DNA of 33,362 nucleotides from an uncultured bacterium. Its GTDB lineage: Bacteria > Cyanobacteriota > Cyanobacteriia > Leptolyngbyales > Leptolyngbyaceae. Position numbers and translations under genes: made by a program. This document shows positions 28,901 through 33,362 of the stretch, one piece after another. The notes under the pieces were generated by a model. That model did no database searches, was not told the origin of the DNA, and saw only the letters and a list, made by a program, of their open reading frames with translations. Each line of letters begins with the position of its first letter. The first letter of the stretch is position 1. The DNA is taken from assembly GCA_964250455.1 (NCBI GenBank), contig CAXUFL010000050.1, forward strand, positions 1 to 33,362, written 5' to 3'.

Positions 28901-29412
28901 GGTCGATCGACAAATCGAATTGCGCCTTCACTGCCGCCAACCTGCGACCAATCTGTGATTTCTCCGCGTACAATTTTGACAAACTGAAGAACCGTTAAGC
29001 TGCCTTGAAACGGATTGTCGGGGCTAACCACAATGGCGATTTTACCACGCTCGATCGGAACGGTTACAAATCCTTGCGTGCGTTCTTCGGGCGTAAGCGG
29101 TCGCCCGATCGCCGCGAGGTCGATTTTGCCGTCGCGCAGAGCTTGTAAAGCGGCGGGCGTGCCAGAGTAGTTGAGCGCAACGGTTGTGCCAGAAAATTGC
29201 TTTTCAAATCGTTGCTTTAGCGTTTGATTAATCGTTGCCATGCTGCTAGAGCCATCGATCCGAACGGTTGTGCCTGACGGTACCGATGTGGGCAGCGTAA
29301 AAGATGGCGCTTGCGCGAGAAGTGGACGGACAGCCGTTGTGAGCGGTAGCGCGGCAAGTGCCGCAACGAGCGCTGCAATCTCGATCGCAGTAGATTTCTT
29401 GCTTGGCAACAT
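25996..29412 (-). CDS. Giant fusion protein: signal peptide + PstS-like phosphate-binding domain + single TM helix + long P/S/T/E-rich repetitive linker + DUF4912-like C-terminal domain
   Basis: N-terminal signal-like MLPSKKSTAIEIAALVAALAALP...AQA. The PstS/SphX-type pattern (TVRIDGSSSMATI, YSGTPAALQALRDGKIDLAAIGRPLTPEE) follows. A TM helix LPGWLWLLLPLGLGVLLVGWLL sits at about residue 365. A roughly 470-aa low-complexity segment includes PPPPPP and internal repeats. The C-terminus (LMPRDPQWAYAYWDVS...) resembles the cyanobacterial DUF4912. Confidence 0.75.
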   Translation of the reverse strand: MLPSKKSTAIEIAALVAALAALPLTTAVRPLLAQAPSFTLPTSVPSGTTVRIDGSSSMATINQTLKQRFEKQFSGTTVALNYSGTPAALQALRDGKIDLAAIGRPLTPEERTQGFVTVPIERGKIAIVVSPDNPFQGSLTVLQFVKIVRGEITDWSQVGGSEGAIRFVDRPDLSDTRAAFGNYGVFRAEPYAPGATAARLGEDSTQTVLQQLGKDGISYAPANQVLGESRFRIIPMHNTQPTDPRYPFSQPFYYVYKGTPSPAIAAFLGYATAPENQQLIQTAQPNQAAISAGSNSNQTGAAALNASSKAGSGSTPTNSATESPPIAASPNAGGTATIGAAPNTGGASTVGTVPNSTGPNSESGLPGWLWLLLPLGLGVLLVGWLLRNRRSHSEASVRPPDAVARSESSTPAATQTPPPPPPLMVPSDSPDAGVASRTESVINADRAAIRTTPSTEIQPSSSSGTDARIAGGLGAAGLTELTPEPDSLIEPLTAPEVTEPPIASTEVVETPSISTQTPEIELSTPRSRIPGEVVLGGAALSAEAAWALRNQAQDPLNIDQSAATDVNEAPIVEPSSDDAIVAQIDAATPFNLDASDQPLTTFDLIDDFDDLESRFTDGDVTELNLDDAPTAIVQSSEINNPDLMTSSVTNIAPLPEEANQPLSDQTVISTPQVEEALSGIDQTSQPRSAEPFPGAILATAAGIAGISALTNTQTESKTPIEEALPETDEASGSIGSDQPLPEQTSTTPIEQALTEINQASSPVSQPRTAAPFPGAILAATGIAGVAAFTNDQTQSGVEAAKFDVGQPDLSSETLATVDQGLPELPQGYGESRIVLMPRDPQWAYAYWDVSNEHKEQLRRQGGQNLVLRLSDVTDIDFDRQSPHSVQQYECEELAREWYLPIPVSDRDYLVEIGYLTAEGRWLRLARSTPVRVPPVYPSDWIEEAFATVEWQDDLQSSTIAQLMPPSQPTAAPNRIYTRLFSLAQGAEMQRVAGSLFGSMQQAPEAAIRSLAFPSGMGSWTLPTRSGMGLSGVGMNMSGIGFSAGAIPLRPRRFWLVADAELMVYGATEPDATVTIAGQPIVISPDGTFRFQMSFQDGFIDYPILATASDGEQTRSIHLKFSRETPNRNTNTKDEATDE
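27040..27420. repeat. Internal near-tandem repeat (240-bp period) inside the linker of the PstS-fusion gene
   Basis: gctaatattgctccaggaaaagg at 27081 and gctaatattgcaccaggaaaagg at 27321 are exactly 240 bp apart. Flanking similarity extends about 85 nt. They encode repeated PFPGAILA(A/T)(T/A)GIAG(V/I)(A/S)A(F/L)TN blocks. A shorter (I/V)E(E/Q)AL...(A/T)S motif occurs three times. Confidence 0.6.
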
Positions 29413-29553
29413 TGATTCAGACGCCCCTTCACCGTTCGGGTTTTAGGATTAACTTTTGCAAAAGACGAACTTATTATATAGCCCTCACCTCAAGCATTGC
29501 GAGAGGTTGATGCGATCGGGTACGCCCTTACACAATTGTTTTAATCAGTTGTT

Positions 29554-29567
29554 GTAAATATTAATAC
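29554..29567. promoter_or_regulatory. NtcA-like palindrome GTA-N8-TAC in the intergenic region upstream of the histidine kinase
   Basis: gtaaatattaatac. A TAN3T-type -10 (taaatt) lies at 29594..29599, about 29 bp downstream of the site centre, as in class II NtcA promoters. About 0.7 such sites are expected by chance across the roughly 3 kb of intergenic sequence. Confidence 0.2.
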
Positions 29568-29791
29568 CGACTCGTAATCAAGTTAGCTGGCTCTAAATTG
29601 CTGACCCGCCATTCATGTGCGGGCAAGCTGCAACCGCAGCGAAGCCTTTTAAAGCACGCTCTAAAATCAGCTTAAAAGATTGCAGCGCTAAAGCTACCGT
29701 CACACTGCAATATTTGGACACAGCCTAAATTTGTTACGGCAATACTGCCATCGGGAACGCTACAAAAGAACTTTGGTGTGAGAAGCCAGTT

Positions 29792-31885
29792 ATGGACGTT
29801 GGAGATAGCAGGCAAATCCATTCCCCAACTTTATCGCATTACAGCCGCGAAAATTACCGCGCCTTGTTGCTGGCCATTCCTGATTTAATGGTGCGGCTCG
29901 ATCGTCGCGGCGTTTGCTTAGATTTTGTGCCTGCAAAAACTTTCCGATCGCTCAACGCAGATTTCGATTGGCGCGGCAAGCATCTTAGCGAGTTTATCCC
30001 GGTTGACGTTGCAAATAAACGCTTGTTTTACGTTGAACAAGCGTTCTTGACCGGAGAAGAGCAAGTTTACGAGCAGCAAATCACCGTTGACGGAGCGATT
30101 CAGTACGAAGAAGTGCGAATTGTGATTTCTGGCGAAGATGAAGTGCTCGTGCTTGTGCGCGATGTAACCCAGCGCGTGCAGGCAGACCTCGATCGCAAAC
30201 ACGCCGAAGCAGCTTTGCGACAAAACGAAGCCCAGTTTCAGCGACTAGCGGCAAACGTTCCTGGAATGTTTTATCAGTTCCGCTTAGAGCCAAGCGGTCA
30301 CATCAGCTTTCCGTATGCCAGCCCTTATTCAAAAGACTTGTTTGAAGTTGAGCCAGAAGTGCTAACACAGGATGCTTACCCGATCGTTAGCAGAATCCAT
30401 CCCGATGATCTTCCAGGCTTTGAAGCTTCGGTGCAAACATCGGCTCAGGCACTGCTGCCTTATGAATGGATTGGACGCTACATTGCTCCTTCGGGCAAGC
30501 TGAAGTGGATTGAAGCCCATTCGCGACCGATTTCGCAGCCAGATGGCGCGATCGTGTGGAATGGCGTGCTGCTAGATGTGACCGATCGACGCTTAACGGA
30601 AATCGCTTTACAGCAAACCGAGGCGCAGTACCACAGCATTTTTAAAGCGGTTAGCGATGCAATTTTAATTCGGGATTTGCAAACCGAGCAGCTTCTTGAT
30701 GTGAATCCGGCGGCTTGTGAGATGTTCGGCTATTCGCGTGAGGAATTACTTGAACTAGCGCCTGCTGACTTGGTTCCTCCAAATTCACCCACGATGACTG
30801 AACGCTTTATTCACACGTTAAAATCAGGCAAACCGTTTATAGGGCAAGCGGTCAATGTGCGAAAAGACAAAACGCAGTTTAATGTTGAAGTGCAAGCAAC
30901 GATGTTTTCGTATCAAGGAAAGCCTTGTGCTTTGAAGCTAGTGCGCGACATCAGCGATCGCATGCAAATCGAAGCCGATCGTCAAGCTGCCGAAGCCGCG
31001 CTTCGACGATCAGAAGCGCAACTCAGACAGCAAGCACAGGATTTAGAACACGCGCTCGGCGAACTGCGACGAACGCAGGCGCAACTGATTCAAAACGAGA
31101 AAATGTCGAGTTTAGGTCAAGTTGTAGCCGGAATTGCGCACGAGATTAATAATCCTGTTACGTTTATTTATAGCAATATTGCTCACGCTACTAATTACCT
31201 ACAGAGTTTGGTTGAATTAATTAATCTGTATCAATCGCGTTGTGCTCCGGATTCAGAAATTGAATCCCTTTTAAAAGAGATTGACTTAGAGTTTGTGGTT
31301 GGAGATTTTACAAATCTGCTTGATTCAGTTTTAAGCGGTGCCGATCGAATTCGGCAACTGGTGCTGTCGCTGCGTAATTTTGCTCGACTCGATGAAGCGG
31401 AATTTAAGTCTGTGAACGTGCATGAAGGGCTAGATAGCACGCTGATGATTTTGCAAAACCGACTGATTCATGATTATCGAGGTAATAAGATCGCAATCGT
31501 GAAAGATTACGGCGATTTGCCACAGGTAGAATGCTATGCAGGACAGCTTAATCAAGTTTTCTTTAATCTTATTAGTAATGCGATCGATGCAATTGAAACA
31601 ACCGAACGTCCAAGCATTACGATTCGCACCGAACATGCAAACGAACAATGGGTTCGGATTCACATTATTGATAATGGGTGTGGAATTCCTGACGCGGTGC
31701 GAGACAAAATTTTTGATCCGTTTTTCACCACCAAACCTATTGGTAAAGGCGTTGGCATCGGTCTTTCGACGAGCTATCAAATTGTGGCTCAGCAGCACGC
31801 TGGCTTTTTGCGCTGCCACTCAATCCCGAATCAAGGGACCGCTTTTGTGATTGAAATTCCGATTCGTCAAATGCCTAGAGCTTAA
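29792..31885 (+). CDS. Multi-PAS sensor histidine kinase
   Basis: Several PAS/PAC-like segments precede the H-box [11 protein letters not shown]. The N box (NLISNAIDA), G1 (IIDNGCGIP) and G2 (GKGVGIGL) follow. 697 aa, ATG start. Confidence 0.85.
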   Translation: MDVGDSRQIHSPTLSHYSRENYRALLLAIPDLMVRLDRRGVCLDFVPAKTFRSLNADFDWRGKHLSEFIPVDVANKRLFYVEQAFLTGEEQVYEQQITVDGAIQYEEVRIVISGEDEVLVLVRDVTQRVQADLDRKHAEAALRQNEAQFQRLAANVPGMFYQFRLEPSGHISFPYASPYSKDLFEVEPEVLTQDAYPIVSRIHPDDLPGFEASVQTSAQALLPYEWIGRYIAPSGKLKWIEAHSRPISQPDGAIVWNGVLLDVTDRRLTEIALQQTEAQYHSIFKAVSDAILIRDLQTEQLLDVNPAACEMFGYSREELLELAPADLVPPNSPTMTERFIHTLKSGKPFIGQAVNVRKDKTQFNVEVQATMFSYQGKPCALKLVRDISDRMQIEADRQAAEAALRRSEAQLRQQAQDLEHALGELRRTQAQLIQNEKMSSLGQVVAGIAHEINNPVTFIYSNIAHATNYLQSLVELINLYQSRCAPDSEIESLLKEIDLEFVVGDFTNLLDSVLSGADRIRQLVLSLRNFARLDEAEFKSVNVHEGLDSTLMILQNRLIHDYRGNKIAIVKDYGDLPQVECYAGQLNQVFFNLISNAIDAIETTERPSITIRTEHANEQWVRIHIIDNGCGIPDAVRDKIFDPFFTTKPIGKGVGIGLSTSYQIVAQQHAGFLRCHSIPNQGTAFVIEIPIRQMPRA

Positions 31886-31983
31886 AGTTCAAGTTGGGAA
31901 AGTGCGGTAGTTAAGGGGCGGTTTGCACGATCGCGCCTCTTAATAAGCTTCACTACAATAAAGTGTTCCTGCATTCGAGCTGT

Positions 31984-33072
31984 ATGACTCTACATCTTGC
32001 TCATTCAGACAGCCTGAACCGATTGCTCAACATTCAACAGATTTACTACGAGCCTGCTGCGTTAGCGTATGCGCGTGCTCAAGACATTTTAGAGCGCTAT
32101 CCAACCGCGCATCGCATCGAGGTGGCGTCGCATTGGAATATTCCTGAACTGCACGGCAATGAAGACTCGATCGACGACTGGAATCGCATCAAGCGCACCG
32201 TGCTGGTGTTAGGCGTGAAAAAGTCGATTCAAGCGCGTCCGAATTCTCGCAGTTCAGATTTTGTCGCGCCGTCGCATTCTAACGGCTGTGCGCAAGCCTG
32301 CTCGTATTGCTATGTTGCGCGTCGTAAAGGGTATGCCAATCCGATTACGACGTTTGTGAATCTCGATCGTATCAGTCAATATCTCAAGCGCCACGCCGCG
32401 AAGCAAGGCATCAAGGCCGAGCCAAATCAAGTTGATCCGCAGTATTGGGTTTACGAAATCGGTGAGAACGGGGATTGCTCGGTAGATGCAGCGATTTGCG
32501 ATAACGTGAAAGACTTAATCGCGCTATTTCGCACGCTGCCGAATGCAAAAGCGACGTTTGCGACAAAGCGAGTGAATCGCGATTTATTAAACTACGACCC
32601 GCAAGGTAAGACGCGAATTCGGTTTAGTTTGATGCCGCATGACAAAGCGCAAACGATCGACATTAGAACGTCGTCGATCGACGATCGCATCAATGCGGTG
32701 AATGATTTTGTCGAGGCGGGTTACGAAGTGCATCTTAACTTTGCGCCAGTGGTTTACTACGACGGTTGGCTTCAAGATTACGAGCAGCTTTTTCAGCAAG
32801 TTGACGATACACTATCGCCGCAGGCAAAAGCGCAGGTGCAGTCTGAGGTGATTTTTCTGACGCACAATGAAGATCTGCACGCGGTTAATTTGGGGTGGCA
32901 TCCGCAAGGCGAAGCGCTGCTGTGGCGACCGGATGTTCAGGAAGCAAAGTATTCTGAGACGGGCGGGCGAAATGTGCGCTACAAGCGCGGACTCAAAGGG
33001 CAGCTTGTGAATCAGTTTTGTGAATTGCTCGGCAAGCGCTTACCGTACTGCACGATTCGATATGCGTTTTAG
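31984..33072 (+). CDS. Spore-photoproduct-lyase-like radical SAM protein
   Basis: The CX3CX2C cluster CAQACSYC is present and the length is typical of the SPL family. The ATG at 31984 is preferred; the track's GTG at 31963 would add seven residues. Confidence 0.7.
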   Translation: MTLHLAHSDSLNRLLNIQQIYYEPAALAYARAQDILERYPTAHRIEVASHWNIPELHGNEDSIDDWNRIKRTVLVLGVKKSIQARPNSRSSDFVAPSHSNGCAQACSYCYVARRKGYANPITTFVNLDRISQYLKRHAAKQGIKAEPNQVDPQYWVYEIGENGDCSVDAAICDNVKDLIALFRTLPNAKATFATKRVNRDLLNYDPQGKTRIRFSLMPHDKAQTIDIRTSSIDDRINAVNDFVEAGYEVHLNFAPVVYYDGWLQDYEQLFQQVDDTLSPQAKAQVQSEVIFLTHNEDLHAVNLGWHPQGEALLWRPDVQEAKYSETGGRNVRYKRGLKGQLVNQFCELLGKRLPYCTIRYAF

Positions 33073-33278
33073 CGTCAGTCCGATCAGAGTGGCTTGCTAC
33101 GATGGTGCAGTCGAGAAGCCCTCTAAATTTCCCACTCTGACGGACTTTGAGTGTCAAGGCAACTTTTTATTCAAAGTTCCTCAATAGGTCAGCAACGGAG
33201 TCAAGAAGTCTTAAAGCAGACCCTAGCAAACGTCGATCGTAGAGCGTTGTTAACCGGAGTGCTGGATTAGAAGCTTAA

Positions 33279-33362
33279 CCCGCCTGGCGACTGCAATTAG
33301 CCGCGCACATTGCCTTCGGCTACGCGGCTAATCGGTTCCTTCGGAGTTGCGCTTTGCGCTAA
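33279..33362. repeat. Copy C (truncated by the window end) of the palindromic repeat family
   Basis: It shares the 12-mer gcctggcgactg with copy A. It contains the family core palindrome attagccgcg...cggctacgcggctaat, with cggctacgcggcta matching the reverse complement of copy A at 171..184. Tentative. Confidence 0.3.

Noticed and set aside
29473-29478. TATAAT on the minus strand upstream of the PstS-fusion gene, as a promoter with a Pho box
   Set aside because: Only one PyTTAAPyPy-like octamer (TTAATCCT) lies nearby, and it is downstream of the -10. There is no tandem Pho-box arrangement and no acceptable -35.
1-33362. CRISPR arrays, tRNA or rRNA genes
   Set aside because: There are no regularly spaced direct repeats. 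I found no T-loop GTTCGA-type tRNA signatures in non-coding stretches. The intergenic space is too short for rRNA.

Overview
The window looks like cyanobacterial chromosome. The HIP1 octamer GCGATCGC recurs (for example 857..864, 3721..3728, 4841..4848) and CGATCG is pervasive. It is densely coding on both strands, with about 27 credible protein genes. I saw no rRNA, tRNA or CRISPR array by eye. ORF-track coordinates include the stop codon, and several track starts are TTG or GTG reported as M, so I moved starts to conserved N-termini where homology allowed.

The genes I can support are:
- Metabolism: leuB, a PAT-like GNAT acetyltransferase, cutA, a GH13 glycoside hydrolase with an N-terminal CBM48-like module, dxr, a creatininase-family protein, glutathione peroxidase and a beta carbonic anhydrase.
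- Regulation and other recognisable families: a PAS histidine kinase, an Sfp/HetI-type phosphopantetheinyl transferase, btpA, a Uma2-family endonuclease, an SMI1/KNR4 (SUKH) protein, a DUF218/YdcF protein, an HTH plus GrpE-like protein and an SPL-like radical-SAM protein.
- Membrane proteins: a DUF2127-like membrane protein and one unassigned membrane protein.

Four things stand out:
1. A flotillin (SPFH) gene and a Ser/Thr-kinase-WD40 gene are coupled by an 8-nt stop/start overlap. The kinase has an atypical G-loop (LGQSDLSRT) and DCD in place of DFG. A 1393-aa SNF2 helicase follows 60 bp downstream on the same strand.
2. An IS200/IS605 element of about 1.77 kb (divergent tnpA and tnpB) has inserted into rarD and split it into two fragments that I translated directly. 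Its tnpB carries an in-frame TGA at codon 36.
3. A 1138-aa protein has the architecture signal peptide, PstS-like phosphate-binding domain, one TM helix, a long repetitive P/S/T/E-rich linker and a DUF4912-like C-terminal domain. It sits 27 bp upstream of a beta carbonic anhydrase on the same strand.
4. A family of short imperfect-palindromic repeats (core CGCGG(C/T)TA ... TA(G/A)CCGCG) occurs in three copies, including at both window edges. A compensatory base change between two copies supports a conserved hairpin.

Product assignments rest on motif and family recognition by eye. No database search was possible.
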